Numbered from the whole stretch's first letter, positions 51,501-63,792 are shown. The stretch is 63,792 nt of DNA, filler included, from Choristocarpus tenellus KU-1152 (GCA_964200185.2; 13 parts of 13 records of this genome joined end to end with filler, not necessarily neighbours in it); one strand, 5' to 3'. A program made the numbers and translations. The notes: generated by a model from the letters alone, not told the origin.

Positions 51501-53087
51501 GTGCATGAAAAGTTTAGAGCAGGAAAGCTAGACCCTAGCCCTAGCCCTAACCCAATGCATGTTGTCCCTAACCCCAACCCTAACCCTAACACTGCATCAG
51601 CAAATAAGCATCTTTTTTTTACCGGCTATAATTTTCACCCAAGAAGAGCATGTTTTGTTAGGGTTAGGGTTAGAGGGTAGGATCGTGACCTCGTGCTGGT
51701 ATTGAAAGTTTGTTAAAGCCAAAAAAATATTATTATTATTATCATTATTATTCACGTCGCAGACAGGCATGCCGCACGCGGAGCCACCGCCCAGAGGAGA
51801 AGAAAGAAATAATAAAAACAACTGCCTACATCTAGCTTCACGACCCAGCTGCCCCCTTTTGCAGAGCCTGTTAAGGTAGCAACTATCAATACACCGGTAG
51901 CGCAATGCTCGTCTATGTTTTGTGATGTGATGGTGTGATAGTGATCCCAATAGCCTTGTCAGAGCTTAGGGTTAGGGTGTACGTTGACATGGAGTTTGTG
52001 AATGTCTTGATAGGAAGATTAACTAGTCCATTGGTACAATAAGTCCTACTACCATACTACCATACTAGCGTGCGTGGGCAATGTATGTATTGCCAGGCGT
52101 GATTTCTTGACTGCCTTGGTGCTTACACTATAGTGCCGGGCCGATCTCTGTTGATTGTTAAGATATCATGTGGTGTGGTAGAATTATTATTATTATTGCA
52201 GTTGTTACCACCTGCCATTCACAGCAAAGGTACCAAGCAAACGTTCTTACTGGCGTTACGATACGCTTTGGTCTTAGGGTTAGGGTTAGGGTTAGTGTAG
52301 TTTGCTCCCTCTGGTAGGGTTGAATAAACAACTTTGAAATGGAATAGACATCCGTGAAATGGGTAGGGTGGTATGCAAAGACCTGGGACGACGAAGGCGT
52401 GGGAAGGCAGGACCAATCACTCTATCCTTCCGTTGTGTAACATCAGTCTAACATCAGTGTAACATCAGCGTAACATCAGTACATTCACTGAGTACCCTGC
52501 CTTGCTGAGCTTACCATATACAGCACCAATCCGCCGCTTCATCAGAAGTGTAGATGATCCTAACCCTAACCCTATCCCTAACCTTCACGACTAACGTAGA
52601 TCACAAGAGGGATAGAGAGAGATATATCCTAAACCTAACCTTGGCAGAAGCTTGGGTGCTTGATGTACTTGGTACTGAGACTGTACACGGTATTCCACCC
52701 CCATTGAACCCTAACCCTAACCGACAATGCCTCCGCAACAATCATGCCTACGACACACTTATCATTATTAATGTTATCTTCATCACTGCACACGATGCTT
52801 CTTTTCTTGCCAATGCACAATTGGTACCCTAACCCTATTCATTGTTACTTGGGGGGAGGGGGAAGGGGGGGGGTGAGGCTACTGGGGGGATGGTTAGGNN
52901 NNNNNNNNNNNNNNNNNNNNNNNNNNNNNNNNNNNNNNNNNNTTAATTAATTAANNNNNNNNNNNNNNNNNNNNNNNNNNNNNNNNNNNNNNNNNNNNAA
53001 CACCAAACTAAACCTCCCCTAAAAATATACCACCAATGAAAGAAATCAAAGGGTGTTGTGGTCGGGGGGTCGGCGGGGGGGGGGGGA

Positions 53088-53440
53088 GGGTAGAGGACTT
53101 CCTTCTCTCAGTTGGACTGGCTTGTTATGCAAATGCCGCATGAGGTTCCTCCTCCTCCTCCTTCTCCTCTGGTAGAGGACTCCCTTCTCTCAGTTGGACT
53201 GGCTTGTTATGCAAATGCCACATGAGGTCCCTCCTCATCCTCCTCCTCCTCCTCCTCTGGAGAGGCCCTTCTGCGCTATGGACAATGCCACAAGCTGTGC
53301 AACGCCTGGATACACGACTTGTGGTATTTTCCAATTCATTTAGTACACAGATTCGTGTCGAGGCACTAGAGAAAGAGGAGGACCCTCATGCAGCATTTGC
53401 ATAACAAGCCAATCCAACTGAGACAAGGGAGTCCTCTAAC
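53088..53440. mobile_element. MITE-like element with inverted arms of about 70 bp; left arm tandemly duplicated
   Basis: tagaggact..ctcagttggactggcttgttatgcaaatg at 53091 and 53173; reverse complement at about 53375-53440; G-run on the left, C-run on the right. Confidence 0.75.
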
Positions 53441-53659
53441 CCCCCCCCCCCCCCCCCCCCCCGGTCAAGCTGACACAAGCAACTGTTTCGAGTTCATTCA
53501 CAGATGGCATGTTTAGAGTGTTGGTGTGTACAACACGTGAATCAAAGGTCGAGATATTGAAAACAATCGTAACAACCGACAGACATCCTTACATTTATTT
53601 TATTTTTATTTATTTTTCTTCCCCCCAGATTTTTCAATCTGGTGTCATGATAGACTTAC

Positions 53660-54070
53660 AAACGTTATCTCTTCACTGTAGATACAAATTATTCTACTAT
53701 TTTTATTGTATGTATTATATTACTGAAATGTTATCTCTTCACTGTAGATAAAAATTATTCTATTGTTTATATTATATATTATATTACTGAAACATTATCT
53801 CTTCACTGTAGATAAAATTATTCTATTATTTATATTATAAATTATATTACTGAAACATTATCTCTTCACTGTAGATAAAATTATTCTATTATTTATATTA
53901 TATATTATATTACTGAAATATTATCTCTTCACCGTAGATACAAATTATTCTATTATTTATATTATATTACTGAAACGTTATCTCTTCGCTATATATACAA
54001 ATTATTTTATTATTTTTTATGATACATTTTTACTGAAAGGTCATCTCTTCACTAAGGATACAGACTATTT
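53660..54070. repeat. AT-rich minisatellite, about 60-bp unit x7
   Basis: tactgaaa..ttatctcttcactgtagata.aa.ttattc recurs every 57-64 nt. Confidence 0.92.
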
Positions 54071-54599
54071 TTCCTTTGTTGTCTACTCCCCATGAGCAAT
54101 TTATTTCAAAGTGAAACCAACCAGGTGAAAACAATAGCAGAACGGATTACTCATAACCTGAGCCTCAAAATCCCACGAACAAGTGATATCTCCATGGTTG
54201 TCAAGTCAAATAGAGCCAGTGCCAAATCTAACTGCTTGCCATAACTTGACCGGTTTGGGAACTCTGACAGTTACACACGCCTTCCAAAATATCCACGGTT
54301 ACCAACAGTATGGTACAGATTTCCAATGCCACAGCTGCAGGGTAGGCTATTAAACAAACAGGCGACAATTTTCCAACCGTAATCGTAAAAACTGCTACAA
54401 AAAAAAAAGTTTTTTTTTTAAATATAGCAGTTTTGTTTTGTTTTATAACTGTGTGGATTGCTTAAGAAAAAACATCAGTAAAAAAGTACCACTACACAGT
54501 GTACTATCACTTGCAAAAATATATACATCTATTGCCACGCCACTTACTTCCACTGAGCATTTCTACTCCAAACCTCAGATGGGCTGCTCCTTGCTCCCC

Positions 54600-55400
54600 A
54601 AAAAAACAGATGAGATGCATCTCCAGTACCAGCATCCATACACTCCACCACTAAAATACCATCCGGTCGGCGTGCTGTCTCCTAATTTGGGCCTTTGGTG
54701 CACCAGGTCAATGGAATTCAAACCGCAAACTCCAACCTTCCACATTCTCTCCCTGTGAGTATGTAACTACTCCTACCTCTAACTTGCTCTGGAGCCACCA
54801 TTCCTGCTCTAGAGCACAGCCTACACCCTTAACCCGAAATTATGACAAAACAGCTTCTCCCACTCTTCGAGTATTGATCCCCCCTGTGGTGCGGCCTTAC
54901 GAACTTGGACAATTCCTACAACAAACGCCCGTACGGAATGAACAGAACGCCCCTGCAAATATAGAAAACCATATTCAAGTAAACAATGTCCATATTCAAA
55001 CATACGCTTTGGGGGAAACACGTTCCTCCTTTCCCCCAATCCCAGACTGGCACAACAACACCCCTACATATTATCTTGTGCATTATTATTACTGTTTCCA
55101 ACTCTCACCACCACCGAAGCTCCTCGACAACCAACAACAGAGTGACTTACTACTTGCCCATGGTGACCTATATAAAAAAAGGTTTCAAACGCGTTCAAAC
55201 AGGTCGACGTTTTTTGACACAGCTTCCTCCCTCGACTCTTTGAACGTCTCAGGCATGCCCCTGGACTTCCGAGGCGTGTCGAACAGCCATACATTCAGAG
55301 TTAAAAACGTATTCAAAATCCCTTCTTCACAAGGTACAAAGCATCTATCTACCCAGAGCATGTGCCTCTCTTCCCTTGCGAGCGTCTAAGGGAATACCCA
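54600..55400 (-). mobile_element. Possible highly decayed Gypsy integrase region
   Basis: LWVDRCFVP...FDTPRKSRGMPETF loosely resembles the H2C2 region; NMDIVYL and ELSKFV resemble core motifs; many stops. Confidence 0.3.
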
Positions 55401-55728
55401 AAACGCCTTACCAAATTACCTCTGACTGTGCACATCATGCCATTAGCTTGGTTCATCAGTATTAATTCACCAGTGCTTCATTGCACTACAACACCCCCTT
55501 CACCACAACCAACCTGCCGCAATACGAGAACACAATTCATTCAATCCCAGGTTTCAACACACCCCAACCCTCCCCACCCCCCCCCCCCCCCNNNNNNNNN
55601 NNNNNNNNNNNNNNNNNNNNNNNNNNNNNNNNNNNTTAATTAATTAANNNNNNNNNNNNNNNNNNNNNNNNNNNNNNNNNNNNNNNNNNNNACACCCACT
55701 CCTCGGCGCGCGCGCCGCCCGGGCGGGT

Positions 55729-55788
<60 letters not shown>

Positions 55789-57002
55789 AAGAGGAACACA
55801 TGAAAATTCAGCCCTTGCGCAATGGAGCCATTCTTATTGAAGGTCTGGAATGCTACAGTCTGTTGCAAAAGTCGGGGCTTTTCAGAAGGGATATTCATGC
55901 ACTTTAAAAAGGCTGTGTTCTGACAAATCCGGAAAAGAAACAAACATACCATGCTATGGCAGATTCATGCCACTGATCAGACTTGCGCTCATACATTTTT
56001 TTCCTAACCGATAGATACATCATACTGCGATGAGTTGAATATGTAGCTCAATCTGTTGCTATGCAAGAAAGAAATAATGCGTGGACATTTTAATAGAGTG
56101 GTCAGAATATCCTTGCCAGGGAAGTAAAAAATATACATAAATTGTTGAGGTGGTACAGTACGTAAAAAAAAAAGTGTCGGTACCATGTGTCGTGTTTATG
56201 CTCTCAGTCATGTATATATATTTTTGTATCAGCGGAATAATGCACACCATCATATCAATCTGCCAATCTGATGGATTGCTAGAGGTGATGCAATAAGTCC
56301 ATTCATGAAAGCAAGCTAGTGCTTTGGAAGGTCTCACTTGATACCACACCATTTTTCTAAGCATTCCTTTAGAGGTGAGCTATATCCACACACAGCTCCA
56401 ACACAATTGCAACCTACAAGTTGTACACATTCATTAGAACTCATTTCGACAAATTGATAAGGTATGGGAGCTACTACTTCATACTCCCTCGGTATGTGTT
56501 GATCAAGAGTTATCCTAGGTGACACCAACTTTCGGTTATTGTACAGTATTTGTGGATGTTTGGCATGCAAAGACGAGCAGTCACAGAGGAGTTGGGACAC
56601 ATTACAGAGCAGAACATTTTCACAACTCGTGGGCTTTCATTTCACACTCTGTCCAGGACTCCCTGGTGAAATTGATAGCGCTGCCCATATACGTCAGGCA
56701 TCTTGCAAAAACGTCAATCCTGTTCAAAACCGGCAGCAAAAACTCGAGCAAACCAACAGTGTCCCCTCCAGCAGTTTCTTCCAGGGTGTAATAAATGTAC
56801 ATAGGCATTTCGGTGTCTCAATAGAGTAATGGCAAGGTGAGAATAAGTGTAGAATATGGGTTATAGTGATTGAAAAAAAATTGTGACCCTTAACAGGTTG
56901 TGAAAAAACCTTGTATCAGAGATGCAATGCAACGGTGATCCTCTCCCCTCCCCCCTGTAGTAGAGGAATGGGGGGTCAACTTAATGATTGATGGGCACAT
57001 AC

Positions 57003-57152
57003 CTGCGAAGGGAGGTCTGAGCTGGCGGCCATCTGCAGGCAAACTCTATTTGTCGACATTCGATAGGCTGAGAAACGAGGGAAAACATTCACAGCTGTGA
57101 AGGCGTCTGCGCATGCAATGCCCAGTAGGAAGAGAGTACACACATTCATCAT
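57003..57152 (-). CDS. First exon of an unidentified plastid-targeted protein (MMNVCTLFLLGIACADAFTAVNVFPRFSAYRMSTNRVCLQMAASSDLPSQ)
   Basis: Signal peptide ending in ADA-F (ASAFAP-type cleavage motif), transit-like stretch, cag|gtatgt donor. Confidence 0.62.
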
Positions 57153-59679
57153 GGAATTCTGGACAGACCACAAAGAGGTGAGGCCAAAAGAGTGGCAGCA
57201 GGGCATAGATAGATTGCTAAGTTGAGGGTCAGCTTTCAAAGGGATATCAAAGGGATATCAAGAGTAAGGCCATTTGATCGTAAGGGGACGAGAGTGGCTG
57301 TACAATCATACATCCATACTCGAATGGGTGGCATCTCAAGATTCTTCTATGTTTCAGTTCAGAGTTTTTCCAAGACGGTAGGTAACTTCCCGCCATGGAC
57401 GATGATAAAACAGCACCTGATGGCAATGGCCTTCTCGATGTTGAAACCGAGGGTACATCTGTGGAAACTGAAGTATTCAATATCAACACTGTAACCTATC
57501 ACGATGTACTGTATCTTGTACGCTTGGACGTCCACCTACTGTACCATGGTGTCCAAAACTATAGTTTCAATTAGACATTTCAGTATGTCATCACTACTAG
57601 GGTACAAAATAATCCCTCCGTTTGCATCTGAGTTAAATATAGGTGGAAGTGTACCTCTACAGCTCTGTCATTCCATTCCATTATCGTATCCCTCCATAGG
57701 GCACAGTTGTGATAGTGGGGATAGGAATAAAAAATCCGCAAGAAAAAGATAAACTCACGTACCAAGACACTAGGCAATACGCAGTGATCAAGAACTGCTC
57801 TTGTCATCCGCAAAAGATCAGATCATTGTGCATTTGACGAGACGAGAATGGCTTTGACTGCACCACATACTATTTTTTGGAGTTCACTTCATTCAACAAT
57901 CGATACAATTCTACAATCGAAGACACGCGACGGCTACACACCGAGCCGCAAGCAACCTGGACAGACACCAACTAAACACCCAACGTTCGCATGCACATCC
58001 ATCTCCCCCAAAAGGACGAAAAAAACTCAATACCAGAGCCCCGAGACTTTACAGGGCTTCATTTGAGACGCTGGAAAGAACCACGCGCTATCCAATGGTA
58101 TATTAGAAGCTATACGCTGAAAATTTAAGCAGGTATAGAAATGGCAGTATACGTGATTGATCATGATTGAACTGTGGATGTAATGATGAGTTTGTTCATT
58201 GGTATACAATGATTTGTCATACTATTCTTTTCACATGTGATGCCTCACTTACTCGCTCTGGCAGATGTGTGCTATACAGAGGTTGTCCGCTTGTGTCGAT
58301 GCCCCAATTAGCCAAGGACAGTGTCGTACAAACTTAGTCTACCCAATACTCAACATGTGAGGATGAAAGAGGTCCAATATCGACATACACTTACGCCTCC
58401 AGAGGAGATATCAACCATTGATGAGCCAGTAACGGCAAGGAGAGAATAAAGAAACAATAATAGATCATGTAGACGTAAATACCCTCTTCAGATACCAAGG
58501 CTCACACATTCACCACATACAGAACACATAGGGTCGTTGGATATGAAAGGGGATAAGATGTGACACGGAAACATCGAGAAAAAAAAGTTGAGATGGCGAC
58601 TGTATATTAATGAGTTTGGACAAGGGAGAGGTTTGGATTCCAGGACGTTAGTGCAGTGGCCGGGGATGTGTTGAATATGATTGTCTGAGTTTTTCGCCTT
58701 CAGCTCTCGATCGACACTCTGGTTGCGAATTCAGCTCTTGGTCTCTTCCCAGCTGAGTACCCAGCTGGTCCAATCAGCTAAGATCTTGCATTTCATTCTG
58801 GACTAGACGTTGCCGATAATGATAACATAAACAGAGGTGTGAGGTGTGTCACATAGCACAGAATCGCCACATATTCATGCAAAGAGGCCATACCAAACAG
58901 CAATAGCCCGCATATCTCGCTGAAAGCATCAACGAAGGGCCGTAGCACCTCGAGTAGGCCATATTTTTCGTTGGAAACAGCACCTAAAGGGAAGCAACAA
59001 CAGGATCAGTAGAAATAATTGTCGCTGTGACTAGAGGTAAACCTGAAAGTAGTTGCAACTGTTGTCTGAAAAACACATGCACAAAAATCCAAAGTATAGG
59101 CAGACTTCTCGCCATGATAGAGGAACTCGACGCAGTCAACCAGGCCAGCTTCAGCGAAATACGTACATTTTCCTGGGGAGACATCTCCCATCCTGAGAGA
59201 CTCCCAACAACCTAATCCCAAGTACCAATTCTGTGCACGAGATGAGCATGACTGACCCAACAAGTCAGCAGTCCACGCCAAACATTAATTATACTGCACA
59301 CGTGTAAACAATCACAAAAGTAACTAGCACTTTCATTCACTACAACCACAGAATCAATCCAACAGAGGCAGCGAATTTAAGACGTCTTGCTGAAGTTCAC
59401 AATGCTGTATCAGGGTATCTTTCCTGCTTCCGCTCTCGTCACCACTGACCTCTTCAGCCTCATGCCTCTCCTTTTCCTGTCTCTGCGCCTCCTCTCAAAG
59501 TCTCCTACACAGCTCCTGGTCCTATTACAGGATTCCTCCAATCAGTACACAAGCACACATAAACAAAACGTGATATATATATGTAAAACAGACTGAATTA
59601 TACAACGCAGGGACCCGCACAACATCCACAACATACTAAGAAAAAGTACCTACCCACATAAAGATGATGCCAAATGGAC

Positions 59680-59914
59680 ATGATGCTATATAAAGAGGGT
59701 AGAGTCGTGTCCATTTGGGGGCCAAAATCCAATGTTGCGATTTTGAGGCTCAAAGTATCTGGGAGGGGGTGGCGGCTGTCTATTTGGGGGCAATTTTTTC
59801 ATATCGCGATTTTTGGGTGATTTGGTTGCCATACGTAGGATGGATAATGCAAACGCACTTTTCCCGATTTTGGTCCAAATCGACACCCTCATGTAGACCC
59901 CCCCCACCCCCCCA
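59680..59914. mobile_element. Family B end (59680-59746, -) directly followed by a family A copy (59747-59914, +)
   Basis: agagggtagagtcgtgtccatttgggggccaaaatccaatgttgcgattttga|ggctcaaagtatctggg. Confidence 0.8.
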
Positions 59915-61989
59915 NNNNNNNNNNNNNNNNNNNNNNNNNNNNNNNNNNNNNNNNNNNNTTAATTAATTAANNNNNNNNNNNNNNNNNNNNNNNNNNNNNN
60001 NNNNNNNNNNNNNNTGCTCACTCTGCAAATAAACATATCCATACCACACAAAACAAAATACTCTACTTGAGTAGCTCTCTTTTGCATATCAACTACAGTA
60101 CGGAAGGTCTGTCCTTTTTGACCCGCACTAGGGGTGTGCTTGCCGGATTGCTGGGATTGACATGTCCAACAGAGTCCGTTACCACTGTCACTTGTTCCTC
60201 CACCACAAATAGTCGCGTACTCTACATGAGGAACCTGGTGGTGACTACCCCCCACTCTAGTTTGTCCTGTGGAAGGATAATATTTGACCGAGTGTACCCC
60301 ATCGTCATGGTTGTTAGTGCACAGTTTAGTAAGTGCACCTGTGGGTACTGGTGTTTTGAATAGTATCAAGGGGGAGAAAGAAGATGCAAGGAGAAGAGAA
60401 TACAACCCTATATCGGTTACGACAAATATTCACCTGAAACACACAACAGCACCTATGCTCTAGTAGTATAGCTGTCGCATTACACCTGTATAAGAAATCA
60501 ACCAGATAGATGATACGGCTACTACATGTAATATCATGATTCAGGTGGTACAGATATATTTGCCGGAGGAGTCCCAGGCATCTGTTAGGCCCCACTCGAC
60601 CCGTCGGTCCAGTTTTTCCACTCTAATGCAGACGATGCACCCCAACAGATATATAGTTGCGTTGTTTATTCTCTACAAGCAGCACATGGTAGATAAACAA
60701 ACTACGACAAGTAGGACATACACATATCTCAAATACTACTAGTTAGTAATACGTCTGATATATGGTGTACCGTTTGTTGATGTGTGATTGATTTCTACTC
60801 CACTTGTACCAAAAAACCTGAGCATGACAAACGGAGGACAGGTGGTCTCGTCAGAAGTAGGGTGCGACTGAGAAGCAGTATATGGGTGGCTTCTTCTGAA
60901 GCACAAGAGAGAATGAGAGCACACAGGTAGGTGGAGGTAGTCAGGTTGCTGCTGCTGGAGTAGGAAAAGAAAGAAAGGGCACAGGCTGCTCAACACAAAA
61001 ATACTTATCCATGCAGTTCACATTGTTCAACAACAAGCCAGCTACAAGGTTTGTGATTTTGTCTAGTATTCTCTGCAAAGTCAACGCCAAGGTATTGATA
61101 AATAGTGAGGGGCCCACTTACGACCAGTGCTCAACACTAAACGTTAGAATGATGGAATTTGAGATTTTATAAGTGCGTATTTTGTGTGCACCAAGATGAA
61201 ACGAATTACGCACTTCTCATTGAAGACTCTCCTCCTTGCTCTGTAAATCGTTCTGCCTTCAAGGCCTCCAACTACTTCAAATAAGATATATACCTATGTG
61301 CCTTGCCTATCAAGTACTTCACATTGGATTTTTTTTGTCGATAGCTAGCTAGTTTGAGACAAAGGAAAAGATTTGGTGCACAATAAATGTTGAGTCACGA
61401 AAGAACACGACAAAATAGCAGGTGCGACATCAAACCAATGACGGTAAGGAGAACATAGTCCTCACACGAAAAGTACCTCTGACCCAGAGCACAAACAAGT
61501 ATGAGATCCCAACAGGGTATTACTATTGTTTAATTAATACATAGCATGGAAAGAAGCATACTAATGGCCAGCAGATAACGCATTTATCATCAATATAATG
61601 ATATAGCAGAACAACGTTTTTGGCAGACGATGACAAACATGATGCTATATCAAATAGTGAAAGCTATCACATCATAGCAACGCATCTACCACTGCCAATA
61701 GACATTAACTTAAAAGAAGATGAATTTCACAAAACTCCGGGAAAAATAAGATCTTCTACTCGTGGTTTCATTATCAGTTACTACTGCAGCCAGATCGACA
61801 TCAACCTCTAGCATGTATTGATGCAGCCACCCATCTACGACTCTCACTTCATCATCGTCTACAGTATATACATGAACTAGGAACATCAAATACAAGACCA
61901 TAGTCAATAAACTTGCTTGCGAAAGCCCCTACTTTCTAAACGCTTCCCATTGCCATTATCTAATCCCCGTCTTAGTTTCAACCTCTACG

Positions 61990-63228
61990 TTATCTCTGCC
62001 TATCTCTCGCCTTTGTGCGGAACTTGTCGTATTTGATTTCCAGGAGTGCTGGCTTTATCATCCCTTCCGTTGGCTGATTGAACAGAGCCCCAAACGTCAG
62101 GCTTTGGAGTCCTGCCGGCCACGCCACATTTTCCACGGTTTGGTTGAATTGTCTCCCAAAGGTCAGCTGCTTCAAACCTGCTGGCCACGTTACACCAGCA
62201 ACTTCCTGATTGAAGCACCTCCCAAATGTCAACTGTTGGAGTCGAGACGGCCATACCACCCCTTCCAGTGGTTGATTGAAGAAAAAGCCGAACGTCAGTT
62301 GATGGAGCCCTGGTGGCCACACCATCCTCTCTATCCTCTGCCTGAAGTACAGCCCAAAGGTTAATCGCTCAAGTCCTGCTGGCCACACCACTCCCTCTAT
62401 TGCCTTGTTGAAGAATTCTCCAAACGTCAGTTCCTGGAGCCCTGGTGGCCACACTATCCTCCCTACCTCCTGATTGAAGAGCCTTCCGAATGTCAGCAGG
62501 CGAAGGCTCCTCGGTAGCATCAACCCATCCACAGACTTGTTGAACATTCCCCCCAGAGTCAATTCCTGGAGGGTCGAGGGCCACAGTACTCCCTCTAGGG
62601 GCTGATCGAATTTCAAACCAAACGTGAGGTGTTGAAGTTGTTCCGGCCATATCGTCCCTTGCAAGGGCAGGTTAAAAGATTTGCCAAAGGTAAGCTCACG
62701 AACACCTTTTGGCCACGTCACTCTGTCCACAGCCTTATTGTAGTCTCTACCAAAGGTCAGGCTGTTGATGGTGACTGACCACTTCACCTTGTCCACAGTC
62801 TCGTTGAACATATCGCCAAAGGTCAAATCCTGGAGGTACCCATGTAGCTCGAGTCCAAAGAGCGACAGAATGGTGGTCAACTCTGACTCGGGAACTGTTG
62901 TATTTTGCTGGAAGTTAGTCAGCAGTAACACACCACCCATATCCTGATCAGGATTCTCGGTAAGGGATAGGTTCTTACGTTGCCAGGTAATCTTTTTCAC
63001 GTGAAGAGGTGGCACACGCAACGATCTGTACCTCGGTCGGCGAATGCCCTCTAGGACAAGGAATACTGCATTATCCGAGACGCGGATGTGGAATCCCACT
63101 GTCATCCGACATTGTGAGCAAATGGCAAGGGCAGTGAGTTGTAACTCTTTGATATCCATCGCACGAAGCCATCCCAGCTCCCCCAGAAGTCTCATAACGC
63201 TAAGCTGCAGAATTTGACCTTCCCGCAT
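61990..63228 (-). CDS. Intronless FNIP-repeat (LRR-like) protein, 412 aa, 12 x 22-aa repeats
   Basis: Long uninterrupted ORF; repeat consensus LqxLTFGxxFNQxxegvvWPxg. Confidence 0.9.
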   Translation of the reverse strand: MREGQILQLSVMRLLGELGWLRAMDIKELQLTALAICSQCRMTVGFHIRVSDNAVFLVLEGIRRPRYRSLRVPPLHVKKITWQRKNLSLTENPDQDMGGVLLLTNFQQNTTVPESELTTILSLFGLELHGYLQDLTFGDMFNETVDKVKWSVTINSLTFGRDYNKAVDRVTWPKGVRELTFGKSFNLPLQGTIWPEQLQHLTFGLKFDQPLEGVLWPSTLQELTLGGMFNKSVDGLMLPRSLRLLTFGRLFNQEVGRIVWPPGLQELTFGEFFNKAIEGVVWPAGLERLTFGLYFRQRIERMVWPPGLHQLTFGFFFNQPLEGVVWPSRLQQLTFGRCFNQEVAGVTWPAGLKQLTFGRQFNQTVENVAWPAGLQSLTFGALFNQPTEGMIKPALLEIKYDKFRTKARDRQR

Positions 63229-63792
63229 TATGATTCGATGGTTCCGACGTCGACGATGTCGAATCTCCTAATGCCTAGTCCCGTTGAGGTGGTGACACAA
63301 GGTTGTGAGTGCGCTTGCTCTATGAATCGAGGAATGCCTTTTTGTAGGTTACTGCAACAAGTTCTTGGAGTCGTTTGTTCTCTCTTTGTAGTGGTTCTAT
63401 TGTAGACCATTTGTGCATCAATGAAGTGTATAAATTCATATGTGGAAAATTGTATTGTTTGAAGATCATGTCTTTGGATTTTTTTCGACTTCTTTTTATT
63501 ATTATTAATATCTGCTGGGACATTTTCCAGATGTATCAAGAGGAAAAACCAATGAAGAAAACTATTCACATCTCACAAAAAAACCCTTAATAAGTAACAT
63601 TTGTCGTAAATGTCAAAAGATATTATTATTCTATGCACTATTTTACTACAATTATGGTACACCAAAGTCTTCCTGTGCCTCCAACCTAGCATAGTCCTGC
63701 ACCCCAGGGTGAGGAACTAGGGAGGAATCCCAAGAATCTAACAAGCCCCTCCTTGCCCATCGCCCTCGCGTCACCAGCTTTATTTAGCGCAT

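Noticed and set aside
53660-54070. Conserved core plus variable AT-rich gaps as a CRISPR-like array
   Set aside because: The gaps are homologous to one another and differ only by AT slippage; it is a minisatellite
54784-55389. 201-aa plus-strand ORF
   Set aside because: No recognisable motif; more likely antisense to a decayed retroelement
58690-59550. Purine-rich exon-like segments on the minus strand
   Set aside because: In-frame stops and no consistent splice phases or homology

Overview
Eukaryotic nuclear DNA from an intron-rich alga with a secondary plastid. Bipartite plastid-targeting presequences, GT-AG introns up to about 3 kb, TTAGGG repeats, an FNIP-repeat gene and a flagellar CDKL5 kinase fit a brown alga or close stramenopile relative (inference). 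The window is not contiguous: it is 13 small contig pieces joined by twelve artificial 100-nt spacers (44 N + TTAATTAATTAA + 44 N), so adjacency across spacers means nothing. Spliced gene pieces I can reconstruct: the C-terminus of NADH-glutamate synthase, a 3-exon unknown gene, the 3' exons of a FAM210/DUF1279 protein, CDKL5 exon 1, and stromal processing peptidase exons 1-2 head-to-head with a divergent Rab2. There are also a plastid-targeted first exon, an intronless 412-aa FNIP-repeat gene and one tRNA-Leu(CAA). Most other sequence is transposon debris: Ty3/Gypsy, Ty1/Copia and RTE-like LINE relics, two mariner copies with Stowaway-type TIRs and apparent DD40D spacing, foldback elements, and two sibling MITE families sharing terminal and subterminal motifs with mostly 3-bp TSDs. 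The most unusual signals are (i) about 40 short TTAGGG tracts in both orientations in the non-coding DNA of one 10-kb contig, (ii) TTAGGG patches replacing consensus sequence inside two MITE copies, and (iii) a hypervariable di-residue in the FNIP repeats. I cannot establish a new multi-gene system from this window.
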